DNA of 63,997 nucleotides, counting the filler, from Sphacelaria rigidula (Eukaryota), in assembly GCA_964200075.2 (NCBI GenBank). It is 4 parts of 4 records of this genome, joined end to end, with 100 filler letters (N's around TTAATTAATTAA, not from the genome) between each part and the next. Parts side by side here need not be neighbours in the genome. Positions count along the whole stretch, not along the records: positions 1 to 15,956 come from CAXNAA020001543.1; positions 16,057 to 32,011 come from CAXNAA020001544.1; 2 more parts are not named here. One strand, 5' to 3'. Both the position numbers and the translations under genes were made by a program. Positions within the stretch are counted from its first letter, which is position 1. Every line of letters starts with the position of its first letter. Under the pieces are notes generated by a model that was not told where the DNA came from, ran no database searches, and worked only from the letters and a program-made list of their open reading frames with translations. Positions 10,973 to 22,858 of this stretch are shown in pieces.

Positions 10973-13900
10973 ATGGCCCCTCCATGTTGGTGTACGGTGT
11001 TTGCGGCAGTGGCATGTCTTTCAATCGCAAGCGGTGAGTGAAACATGCACCATATTATTGCAACTGCCGCAACAACAACGGTGAACTGGTGATTCCAGCG
11101 CGGAAGCTCGGCTTGCATCGCCTATTGCGTGGATTTTGTGCTTTAGGGACGGATTATGCATGAGTGATCCTACGATAGGGTTGGGGGGCGGGGGAGGAGG
11201 GAGGGGGGGGGGGTGCTAATTGCACCAGAAACAGGAGAATTCTCGCGGTATCGTATTTGGGTGTAAACGGTGTCAAGCAGTAGTACGGGTATGTCTCATT
11301 GATACCAAGCCCTAGACCATCTTTCATGGCGACGAATCTCGTTTCGTACAAATATGAGGATTTCGGTCCGTCTACAGGCCATTTTCTCTCGGGGATTGAT
11401 TCTCCGGACCTCAGTCCATTGGGCAATGTTTTTCGGCTACATATGAGAAAACCAAATCAAATCTCCGATTCTCTGGACGATGACTTCGATGTATCACCTT
11501 TTTGCTCGAATCGGGACACTCCCACATCTCCACTCCTGCATCTTCCCCGATTTTTTCGTGTATCAAATGGCCCCTACCCAACGTGGAGCTAAAACTCAGT
11601 AGCAACAATTCCCCAAAATGTAACGCCTCCAAAAGCTACGCACCGATTGTTGGAACACAGCGTACAATCCTCCAAAAGGCATCCAATGGATCGAAAGGAC
11701 CATCTCCCCTCTTGCCCCGCCCCGCTGTCGTTACCTACTCTCGCCACCAGAGGGAGGGGCGGGGAAACAAAAAGAGGGAAGTCGAGGGGTGATTCGAGGG
11801 TAAACATATACTTCCTCTGTCCCATAAGTAAAGGTACCTAAATTTGTACGGGCCCTTCACGATGTCCGATCGGTTTTTTTTTAATGAACACTACGGTGTT
11901 TTTTGGGTTAAGAAAATGTGTTTAAAATTTGCAGCTCGTGCTTGAACCATGCCGCCGAACGGCTGCAAAAAAAGTAGTCGGCCCAAAAATGGTCGTTTTT
12001 TGCCCGTTTCCGAGGGGGGAAAAAGTGTCCATTCTTTATATTTTGTAGTCGCCCCCGCCTTCACTGGGGCTTGCTGGCAGAAAGTCCCACGCGATTTAAA
12101 AAATAATAATAATAAAATGACACTTGTCTTCCCCTTGGAAAGGGGCAAAAAACGGCCATTTTGGGCCCGAGTACTTTTTTTGCAGCCGTTCGGCGGCATG
12201 GTTCGAGCACGAGCTGCAAATTTTAAACACATTTTCTTGACCCAAAAAACACCGTAGAGTTCATTTAAAAAAAAAGCGATCGGACATCGTTAAGGGCCCG
12301 CACAAATTTAGGTACCTTTACTTATTTATAGGACAGAGGAAGTAGTTCCCGACGCACCATGTACGCTTACACCAATTCCAACACAAGCCCATTGGAACCG
12401 GGGACAACGAAGCCATACGTGCTGAATTCAGTCCTGGTTGCACGTTCGGTGATGTTTCACAACTCCACGTTGCACCTTTCTCACCGCGAACACGCGCCAT
12501 GCACCCAAGACACCAGGTCGGAAAGCCGCTCGCCGGCAACACCTCTGCACAAGAATATATGTCATTCGCACACCATTACCATACACCAGCATCCACTCAA
12601 CAGCAACTGATCGCACGCCTCTTCTCAGGTTTCGTCGTTAGCCCGCACGGATCAGTCCCACCGCCGCCGACACCGAGGGGTGCATCTCGAACGGCGGGTT
12701 CTACAGCGGTAGAGGCATCACCCAGTGTTGCCGTTGGCGCAACAACCAGCTTGCCGGGACTGTCGGTACAGGTGTTGTCGCCGAGAGAAGCCACCGTCGT
12801 GTTGCCTCGAACATTTGGGCGGACGAGCTACTTGGTCCGGTGGTTCGAAGAGGGAAAGCCGTCCGTGTTCGATCAGGTACGGTGCATACTTCAAGGAATC
12901 TCTGGCGCAACTCGTACCGCTCAGTTGCATAGCTCGCACAGCACCATTTGGTGAAAATGAAATCACCAGTCAATCTTGGAAGGTTCTTATATTCTAAGAA
13001 GAAGGACACACCGCTCAGTACCACAGAAACGAAATGGCCGGGTAACCTGCAAGTATTGTCTACCAGAAATTCGATCTCACTGGGTATCTGGCTCACCTTT
13101 ACAACTGTTGATGCTCGGTGTCGCCTGTTAGGGTATTGCCGGGCGTGCGATACGGCGTCTTCTCGATCAGATAGATGATACGTACATACGAAGTAGTGGA
13201 ACCCAGCCCGGGCACGGCAGTGATACCTGGTTGGGAAGGTCATGTTCCTGATGGTTTGCCACCGCCATAATCGTGATATTGATGCATTGATCGATTGATT
13301 GTCGCACATATTTGAACAACCCCAACCTGATTCAGGAACTTTGTTGAAGAGGCACAAAGAAACATCGCGATGAAACTATCTTATATTTTTGGCGGGTATT
13401 GTGGGCAATTTAATGGCCACGCCAGTATAGCCACAAGTGACTGTTCAACGCGGATCCCCCCGCTTGTATTTTCCCGGCAGTCATAACAATACCCACCTCC
13501 TTTCATACTGGGAAAACAAGTGCACCATGCCGATGCAGTATGCTAAGAATCTCCCCCCTATAATTAGAAACGTTAAATACACAGTGTACAATACCGTTCT
13601 GCGGAGCATGTCCCCACCCATTCTGCCCCGCATCTGAGACATGGCAGACCACAACGTCTCTACCATCTCACGTCACGTTGACGGGCCTTTCACCTGGAAG
13701 CCGCTACGTCGTGCGAGTACGAGAGACAGGGGACGGGGCGGTGGAGGCAGCACCGATGGACGTGAATTTCTCCACACCCGAGGTGTGTGTGTGTGCGCGC
13801 GCGCGCGTGTGTGTGTGTGTGTGTAAACGTTTGCATGTGCTGATATGTACCATGCACCGCGATTCCGGGGAGGAAGCGTAACATAGTTTCGCCCTAAATA

Positions 13901-14447
13901 TATATACTTCGCTTATCCTGAATTTTTGGTTAATCAGTTGGTGGCTCATCTCGCAGTTGGTGGCATATCTCATGCTCCGCTCGAGTTAGTTACCCGCCGT
14001 ATAGGGCAATGGGTTAGATGGGGCGACTAGAATAAGCCCATCGACGGTGAAATATCCTATGCCAACGCTTGACTTGATTTTTTTTTCAATTGGCACGTGC
14101 ACGGAATGATGAAAGCTGTCAACCGTACATGCACCGACGACGTCCTCGGCAAGAGGCCGAAGGTCTCAGGAGACACGGTATCACACAATTCCACTGTAAT
14201 TTCAGCTTGAAGTCGGTTACAAAACGTTGTTAACGAGATTCCTAACAACACTCCAAATCGTCACATATACCACGGGTCATAAATCGCCTCGATTCTGTCT
14301 TCTGCAGGCCGAAGGTAATGTCTCGGGCGAATTGACGGAGCTCTCGCGCTTGGAGATACGTGTAGGGCGATGCTTGGAGGTCAGCAAACACCCTGACGCG
14401 GACTCTCTTTATGTGGAGAAGGTGGATTTCGGGGAGGCAGAACCCAG
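10973..14447 (+). CDS. Putative plastid-targeted protein: FN3-like domain + EMAPII/Trbp111-type tRNA-binding OB-fold (3' exons not found in this segment)
   Basis: Four phase-compatible GT-AG exons. 10973-11033: [21 protein letters not shown]. 12629-12876: FVVSP...[39 protein letters not shown]. 13648-13782: [30 protein letters not shown]...FSTPE. 14308-14447: ...[36 protein letters not shown], the classic start of a tRNA_bind domain. Confidence 0.8.
11811..12342. mobile_element. Stowaway-like (Tc1/mariner-type) MITE with long TIRs
   Basis: TA|CTTCCTCTGTCC...GGACAGAGGAAG|TA; ~220-bp imperfect inverted arms; TA on both flanks; lies in intron 1 of the FN3/tRNA-binding gene. Confidence 0.85.
13783..13824. 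repeat. (GT)n(GC)n(GT)n compound microsatellite
   Basis: Directly visible, beginning at the exon 3 donor GT. Confidence 0.9.
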
Positions 14448-14654
14448 GTGACCTAACGCGACTCCGCTCTGTGAGATTGGCATTCTCCGAGGGTAGGTTG
14501 TTGCCCTAAGGTGCAGATGCTTTTCAAATCGTGTCTCACGGTTTGTGCGGATATACCTGCATGGTATTTTGTTTTGTCGAAATCAACCCCCACCCCCTGT
14601 TCGGGACGAGTCCGCAGTCTCAGAAGATCAACTCATATCTTCTCCAGTACCTTC

Positions 14655-14975
14655 GTGACTTGAAACAATGTTTTCGTGAGATTGAGAGTAGAGGATGCGA
14701 TTGAGAGTGAAAAGTAGTCAATTAGTGCATGATTCGTTTCAGTTCCGAACTGACCCTCCACGAGGCCCAATATACTTTCTGTAGTAGCTTGGCACTGACG
14801 CCCTTGATATCCCTGAGTAGGATATCGACGTGTAGCTGTAAGCACACGCCAGTGATGGAGGCAAAGAAAAAATCACACACGAAATGAAAAATTGGCCAAG
14901 TTAGAGCGAATCATCAAATCTACTCTCAATAAGCGCTCTACTCTCAATCTCACGAAAACGTTGCTTTGAACGTTT
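14655..14975. mobile_element. Foldback element
   Basis: GTTTTCGTGAGATTGAGAGTAGAG (~14670) is the reverse complement of CTCTACTCTCAATCTCACGAAAAC (~14936); weaker similarity extends inward. Boundaries are approximate. Confidence 0.6.
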
Positions 14976-15213
14976 TGCTCAGCTTCTGGATCAGTACCCC
15001 CGCACCCCCTCAACTCCCATGAAATCACTGTTGACCGGCTGTTGTAAGCGTGTTTTGTTATCGATATCGTGCCAGATCTTTCCGACGGCGGATTTTCAAA
15101 CAGTATGACATGTTTCTGGGTAGCGTCTGGCTTGTACAGAATGAATTGCACAAAATAATCGTGCAGTACAGGCTGGGCCGCCGAAGATTCGAACAGGAAT
15201 GTTGACAAGCGAG

Positions 15214-15836
15214 TCTTAAGCTCAATTTTGGATCGTTTTCGATTAATTTTTGGCACGATGTACAGGACGTACATGCAAAGACCCTGAAAATCCCCCCCCC
15301 GTATTTTCTTTTCTTCTTCGTGAATTATTGGCGATTTAGTTCCGAAAAACTGTTCTGAAATGTTCCGTCGCCGATAACTCACGAAAAAAACAAAACAAAA
15401 CACGGGGGGAGATTTTCGGGGTCTTTGCATGTACGTCCTGTACATCATGTGAAAAAATCATCGAAAACAATCCAAAATTAAGCGAAGAATACGTGTCATT
15501 CCGTCGACAACCGGTTACTGTAATATATGGAGGTGGACCAATTACGAATAGTTCAAACGCATTTATGCTGTTCAATTTCAAGCTGTTTTCGATGAAATTT
15601 TGATACGATGTACAGAACGTATGTGCGAATACCGAACCTTTCTTCCTATGTTTTTTCTTTTTCTTCGTGAGTTATTGGCGGTTTAGTTCCGAAAAACTGT
15701 TCTGAAATGTTTCGTCGCCAATAACTCACGAAGAAAAAAAAAAAACACACACACACACAGGAGGAACGAAGGGGTGTCCGCACACACGTCCTGTACATCA
15801 TGTCAAAATTTAATCGAAAATGAGTGAAAATTGAGC
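15214..15836. mobile_element. Two tandem related foldback units (15214-15488, 15570-15836)
   Basis: Each unit is an imperfect palindrome (GATGTACAGGACGT...ACGTCCTGTACATC) around a shared core TTTAGTTCCGAAAAACTGTTCTGAAATGTT. Confidence 0.75.
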
Positions 15837-15956
15837 TCGGGAATTTTGCTACAGCTTGTGCGGCATCACGCGGCACAAAACTGACTGTAACCAGAAATCT
15901 AATCTCAGCCGTTTTCTTTTGGCTAATTCCGCCGCACATAGTACCCTCAACTCTAT

Positions 15957-16056
15957 NNNNNNNNNNNNNNNNNNNNNNNNNNNNNNNNNNNNNNNNNNNN
16001 TTAATTAATTAANNNNNNNNNNNNNNNNNNNNNNNNNNNNNNNNNNNNNNNNNNNN
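15957..16056. other. Artificial contig linker N44-TTAATTAATTAA-N44
   Basis: An all-frame stop spacer flanked by Ns; identical at three places in the window. Confidence 0.97.
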
Positions 16057-16061
16057 GAACA

Positions 16062-19000
16062 TTAGGCGCTGTATGGCCATTTTTTTCGTGACACTTTTAG
16101 CTGGTTTTGGGGGGGGCTATCGTAGAAAGGTTTCCCCCCCCCCGTCGGACGCAGTGTGACGGGAACCCACGTGAACTCCTGCGTTACCGCCAACTCAGTT
16201 TCCCCTGAAAAAACCACGACAACCTCCTCATCAGACATCGTCGACTGTTCTATCATGCCCACGGCGTTTTGGACCCAGCGATCAAACGGGGTGGGTCCAA
16301 CAGCCATAGCGGGCCTTGCGAGCGACATGATAGTTTTATCCTCACTAACATCCCGATACGAGCGCACCGGGAACTGAGCCAACCAATCGCGACCCAGCAG
16401 CAGATCAAACGACATCGTACCCTCCGGGACAATATGCGTGTAAATCGCAAAACATGCACTCGTGCCTGTTGTCCGACCTTTGCGTGAGCCGTCCACGAAA
16501 CGGATATTCAAACGCACCTGTGAGCATGTTCTCAGAGGCACCCCATTGAACCCGCCCCACGACACGGGATTAATCTCCCGCATCGCGTCACCAGATCCAG
16601 CCCCGTACGCAACCATGGACAACCATACCTTCTCCAGGATAAATGTCACCGGACTCCCACTGTCGAGCAAAGCCGAGCAATCCCACATGCGGGTCGCCTT
16701 AGGCGCGCCAAACACCCTCACCCCAGCCGTGTTCCGAGCGCGGTCGATGGATACATATCCGCCGAAGACCTCAGCTACTTCCCGTAAGAACGTCCCTTGC
16801 CGCCCGCGCGGTACCTGACAGGGGATGGGATCGGGGGTACGAGGTGATGGATCTATACTATTCAAACGATTTCCCGACGGGTCTAGAACATAGATATGCT
16901 CTTCCACGCAAATCGGACTACCTTCGTCCGACACTCCAGCCACAGATCGTGCAAGGTGAGTCGCCTCGGCTGTACCTGTGCAATGGGAGGGACTAAATGG
17001 TTTCACGTGGTTGGGTAAATCAACCACACTGCTAGGCACCGAGCCCGCAGTGGTCCCCGCAGTGACCTCCTCCGAAACTGTGTTGAGACTGGTTGGCCTT
17101 TCCACCGAGGTCCTCCGCAAGGATGGTCGGTCAAAGCCTGGGCCGCCCCCGGCTGGCACGGAGCCCGGGAGAGCAAGCCCCCACTTGGTAGCACATGAAA
17201 CCGCCCCCTTCTGAGGGTAACGGCGCCGAGAACAACTTGAGCCCCGAGCACCGTGACGCGACACGCTTCCCTCACCCAGGACGAATTCACCTTTTGGGCT
17301 CTCCAAATCATGCGACGGTACCGTGACACCAGGACCGTCCTTGTCCCTAGCGTCTGTCGGAAGTAAGCAACGCTCACCGCGACAGCAGGCTTGCACCAGT
17401 GGCCCTTGTGCCCGCGCACCCACACCACTGTGGGAAGAGAGACCGCCCGGGGCGCTACTCTGGGACTGGTCCCCTCCCCGTCGGTCGATGTCCACCCCGC
17501 GAGACCGGCGCGTGGTAGACGTCGCACAAAGCGCCGAGGCTGCCTCCGTCTCGCAAGTATCCCTCAAAAGTTGATCAGACCCCACGGCTACCTTCAACAC
17601 AGAAACCCCCCCGCCGCACCTTTACCGACACTCCCAGGCAGACTGTACCCTGCCTCCTTGCCATTGTCCACGCTGTGCCGACGGGAGATGACAGAAATTT
17701 CGCCACATACGGCAGGCGCAGCCTGCTGCGGAACCAATGACATAGCCGACCGACCTTGTTGAGCTCTCTGAGCATCATGTTGCACTGACCCTTGTGCTGC
17801 CGGTAAAGTGGCCAGAACTTTACCGTCGCGCCCTCATTTCTTTCAAGGGTAATTGTCGATAAAGTAAGAGCGCAGGCGGCGCTACCACCGCACCCATTTC
17901 TGCCGGACTTCCTCCGGCGTCCCCTCACCCATCGAGTGATGTATTAAACCCGATTTATGTATACTCCTTCGAACACTCCGGAGCCAAAGTGTGGTCGGCG
18001 CTGCCGCAGTTGAGACAATACGGCCCAAATGCTTCCCGCGCTTTGTTCTTCAGCTCGCGGGTTGGGAAAGGCTCATAGAACGGAGGATCCCTGTTTTTGC
18101 CGAACCTGTCCGAATTAGCCGGCCCCACCACATACACATATTCCATCTCCCGATCCTCGCAGGGGAAATCGCGCATCTCCGTGATGCTCATCACGGTCCT
18201 GCTAAACGACCTACCCTGACCCGACTTCGGCGGATAACGGCTCCGCGCCGCCCCCCCACCAGTACCCTGCACGAGTCGCGTGCGCCCGCATCGTGTTGGA
18301 TCTGAACTGGTCTAACTTGCCCATCAGCGACTCGAGGGAGTCAAACGGCGTCGCACAATCATCGCGCCCCCCAAGCACGTGGCCACTAATCCCGGGGAAC
18401 TGGTCCTGAATGGCCGTTTTAATTGCTGACTGCACTTGCGCCTGATCCGGAGTCATCTCGGCCCCCAGACACTGAACATTGCTCACCAGAATCCGGAGGT
18501 CGCGCAAATAATCGGCGAACAAAGACCCTTCCGTTGCCCGGAAATTGATCAACCCCCGGAGCATAGCGTCAGGTGTCAGATTGCTCAATTCACGGCTCAA
18601 CACCCGCACCAGAAACGCCATAGCCTCGGGCCCAGAGGCCCCCTCCCCCTGCAAACAAGACACGTGAGCGATCACGTCCCCGATCCGAGCCACGATCCCC
18701 GCGGCGTCCAGTGCTCCTGGCCGCACGGCACGCCGCAAGTGTTTCTGGAGGGTCTTTTCCCAACCCTGCGTCCAACGCGTGGGATGGGTGTCCCCCACAA
18801 TGAGCCGTATTGCCGCTACCGAATCTTTCACTCCCTCCACTAACGCCACCAACTGCTGCATGTTGTGAGTGGACGATAACGGTAACTTCGGCAGGTTCGC
18901 CAACAAATGCAGTTTGAGTTTCGCATACCCCGGCGCAATATGCGCGGTATGCAACGACGGGGACCCATCCCCCGAGTCGGCAGTCCCCAAGGACTCTCCC

Positions 19001-21461
19001 CCCCCCGAAAACTCTCATCGTTGGGTAGACCAGCGACAACACAACCCTGCAACACACCCCCCAGGCCCATCGGGCGCCACCCACCTCTTTGTTTCCCGGT
19101 GCTCCGGCCCACCCGACCGAAAACCCGGCTGACCGCGGGCACCCTCCGCCGGCGCCAGCGCCCCTCCACCTCGGGCGTCCTGAACCGCGAGTTGCGCCAA
19201 AACGCCCCCCCCGCTCCGTAGCAGCTCCCGTTGCTCCTCCTCCCAAGACTGCAACGCCCGGTGAGGAGGACACGACCCCTTTAACGCCCGGCTCTGCCGG
19301 CAAAACCCCGGCAAAGACACCCCCTGGGGACAGCGGGCGGCGCAGTACTTAAATTCCTCGTCCGAGAGGCGAGGCAGCGCAAGCACCCCGTCCGCCCCCC
19401 ACTCACCGGAGCCCCGAGGCGCCGCGAGGGACCCCCCACCCTGCGCCCCCACTGCGGGCGGTACCGGGGCACCACGTGACCCTTTAAACGCCGCCCGGGC
19501 AAACGAACCCCCCGCGGCAGCGGCCGCCACGCCACCGGTCGGGCCAGAGACAGAACCAGCTGCCTCCGCCGCCACCCCGCGAGTCGCAACCGATACTGCC
19601 GTATTAGAACGAACCGTCGCAGTCCCACCCGGTGGAGCGGCAGCCGACATTACCCCGCCGACCCCCGCCCCCTGCGCGGGAACCAGCGTAGCCGCAGGCG
19701 GGATCAGCGGCGGTCCCGCTGCGACCAAGGCTCTCGACCCCAGCACGACCCCCGAGGAAGAACCCCCTACCCCCATCACGGGCCGAGGGGCGGGCACGTA
19801 GTTAACCGCCGGCTCCGCGTCCCGCAGCAACTTCAGCTGCGGATCCCACTTACAGAACAAGGGCCCCACCTGCTGGGCGCACGCAGAGATCACCGCCTCA
19901 CGGTGCGAACGCGCTTCCATGAAGTGCGAGGCTTCCTGCTCAACCTCTACTCGCGTGGCGGGTTGGGCGGCCTCCACCCCTTCCAACTCCGCGGCAGCCT
20001 CCGCGGCCTCCACGCCAGCGACCGCCACGTGACACACCGCCGTCTGGACGGCCAGTTCCGCCGCGTCATCCTTCGCGACGGCCCCGTCTAGACCCGCCTT
20101 CCGAGAAGCCGCGACCTTCGCCGCCCGGGTAATGTCGGCCATGGCCTCTTGTGAGGCACGAGACAATTTATCCGGAGTCCGATCGCGCAACACGTCAAAC
20201 CGGCCCCCAGTCACCGCCGGACGGGACACACGGGACACATCCGCATACGACCGGGAACCCGACACCCGCGTCCAACCTTTATCCCGTACCCCCGGCATTT
20301 TCTCCCCCGGCGAGCGGGAACCGCTCGCAAGTACCCTCCCTACAGTCCGAGGACCCACTTCCGACTGAGTGACCGCCGGATTACCACCCCGATCCTCATC
20401 CGCCTGCAACCGACGAGCGAACAATTCGTCCGCCGCCAAGGCGTTACCCTCCGTTAACCACCGTTCCTCCAGGGTCAACGTGGCCAACATCTTACGCGCC
20501 TCCACCATCAACCCTAACCTTACCTCCTGCTCGTGCACCGTCAACCGCGGCGGTGGCGACGGCGTCCGGCGGTCGTCGTCCCTCATCACACGGCGGCCGC
20601 GCGGCGACGCGGGCCCCGCCGCGGCCTCCACCTCCGCCTCGAGGGCAACGTTCTCCGTCTCCACCAACTCCTGATCCACATTGCCTGGTACATGTGAGAT
20701 ACGAACGGCAACATGAGGACCAATAGACGCGCTGCGGGGGACAGACGACACCTCACTACCATCGTCCTCAAACGACACATCCGACGCAGGGGGCACGCCA
20801 GAACCCCCGCGAGACCCCGAGTGGCCACGTGCGATCAACAACGCACCCCGACCTACAACGCATCCCGACCTACCTCCCGCGGCGGAACCGCTACCGCATG
20901 CCCGAAACTACTCGAACGGGAGGGACTTTCCCCCGCCTCGATCCGCGCTAAAAGCGCCGCTTCAAGGCCGGGCGTTTCATCAATACTCGACTTTTCCGCC
21001 CCACGAGGTCTGGAGGCTAAAAACCCCCCGCGAGCATCAAGAACCTTCACCAGGAGGTCAGGGGCCGAAGCGACCCCTCCCCCACCCTTACCCCCGATAC
21101 CCCTACCCTCATTGACCGTACCAACCCCACCCGTACCCAACGGGGACGACCCCGCCGCCCCCGCCGTACCCTCCGGCGACGGAGGGGAGTTCTCACCAGC
21201 ATGCCCGGGGCGGATCTCACCCGCAGCAGCCCAAAGTTTCGAACGAGCCGGCGAACGAATAGCATGGGCACTACGAATAGACGAATCAGAACCAGACTCA
21301 CTACTCCCAGCACGCGCAGCGTGCGCAGCGAGCGGACTCGGAGGCACGGCCAGACGCGGGGCCGTAGCCGCCCGCTGTGACCGCGTGACCGCACCCCTCC
21401 CCCCACCCGTACCCGAAGTACCCGTCGTACTTGACATGACCAAGCACCCTCGAGCAGACAC
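16062..21461 (-). mobile_element. Degenerate Ty3/gypsy element: long gag region + aspartic protease, truncated before RT
   Basis: Consecutive interrupted minus-strand ORFs: 21461-20853 and 20841-19015 (Ala/Gly/Arg-rich), 18990-18211 (gag-like), 18272-17955 (zinc knuckle CLNCGSADHTLAPEC) and 17600-16062 (retropepsin ALLDSGSPVTFI ... FDLLLGRDWL). Confidence 0.8.
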
Positions 21462-21753
21462 CCGAAATCCCCAAGCAGAAACGCAGCAGACCAGTCGTCA
21501 ACGCCACTCTAAGGAACGTGAATTTCACTTTGGAGACACAGAGGTTCCCACTTCTCGCGTGTAGATCCTTGTATCTGCGTTTCAGTTGTGGGGCTTCACT
21601 CGGAGCTGAGGAGGGCTGCAGTGGTGGCAGCTGAGGATATCTCGTTGTAGATAGGTGCAGTTGCAGGAGGAAAGTAGCCAAAACTTGAGTCGTGTAGAGG
21701 TTTATACATCCTTTAGTAGCGCCTAGACTGCTTGCAGGAAACCAAAACCCAGT

Positions 21754-22858
21754 TGTTGTGGGGATGGTGAGAACTGAAAGGGGGTGGGGCGTGCCAAACT
21801 CTGCACGACCCACTCCAAAACACCACCGAGAAGATGCACCGCACCTGGTCGTCACATTCTATCCGCTATGTCGACAGCTCTGGCTACTCTATTCGTCCCC
21901 CAACCGTCCCCAAGCATCCAATCAGATAGTCCTAGCCAAAGGACATATTCCAGACTCTTGGCCCTCTCGCATCCACATCAACATCGTCTGTGCAATTCTC
22001 CTGCATCAACCTGTGTGTATCAACCTCAAACCTGTCTGTGTCAACCCTCTACAGACTTGTCAAAGACTCCCCAGTGCGGTACTGCGGTCATATTCCACTA
22101 TACCTCTGATAACACCCCCTTTGACCCACATCACTGTATTTTGCCAGCTATGTTTCCATCTAGTGATCCACTGAAATCTGAGCTCACCACAGATGTGATA
22201 TGATGTGACTGCAGGACGTAGCCATGATCTCGGGCAAAGGTGACATTGAATGATGGACATTGTTAGTAGCGGAGAATTGGCTGCCCCTTGAGGTTGACGT
22301 TCTACGGAGAGCATGTATTTGAATCGAAAAAAGGTTTTGACCCAACCATGGCATGAGTTGAGGAGCACGGCTTTTGGATTCTATGGTATGACCCCAGTTT
22401 ATGTTGATTTAAGGGGCGGCGAAATGCGTTTGAAGCTGCAAGCGGTCCCAATGAGCGTCACTCTCTTTTCATTCCCGGTTTTGGCTGCGACGCAACAGTT
22501 CCTCATTGGAATATCTACAAACCGCGAGAAAGTGAGTCCCAGAGATAAGAGCAGTAGTCGGGCTGCTGTTTTGTCTGGTGTGTTTTATTGATTTCGGTTT
22601 TGGCTTATATCGATTTGTGTTGTATCTCCCTGTTCTGTAGATGAATTTGGATACAATCAATTGCGTGATGAAAGAGCTATTCTGGTCTGTATTATTTGCT
22701 TGTTGTCTCCTTGTGTGAAAGCAACACGAGAGCGACTGTGGTCAGCCTGCGCTGCTGAGCTGAGTAAACAAACAGTGTACACAGAGGTCTGAACCTTGGA
22801 ACAATCTTGGTGAACACCATTACACCCTTCTCAAGATGCTTTCACCTATATCACATCA
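21754..22858. mobile_element. Probable solo LTR / small LTR-type insertion
   Basis: Termini TGTTGTG...CACATCA (6/7 inverted match, TG..CA), flanked by a 4-bp direct repeat CAGT (21750-21753, 22859-22862). No convincing coding content. Confidence 0.5.

Noticed and set aside
11891-12257. Mirror-image ORFs on both strands (MPPNGCKKS...)
   Set aside because: By-product of the palindromic MITE; the same applies to the ORFs at 14873-15939 and 41176-41597.
14526-14546. QIVSHGL-like stretch as the next tRNA_bind exon
   Set aside because: No phase-compatible acceptor or continuing similarity was found; the remaining exons are probably outside this contig.
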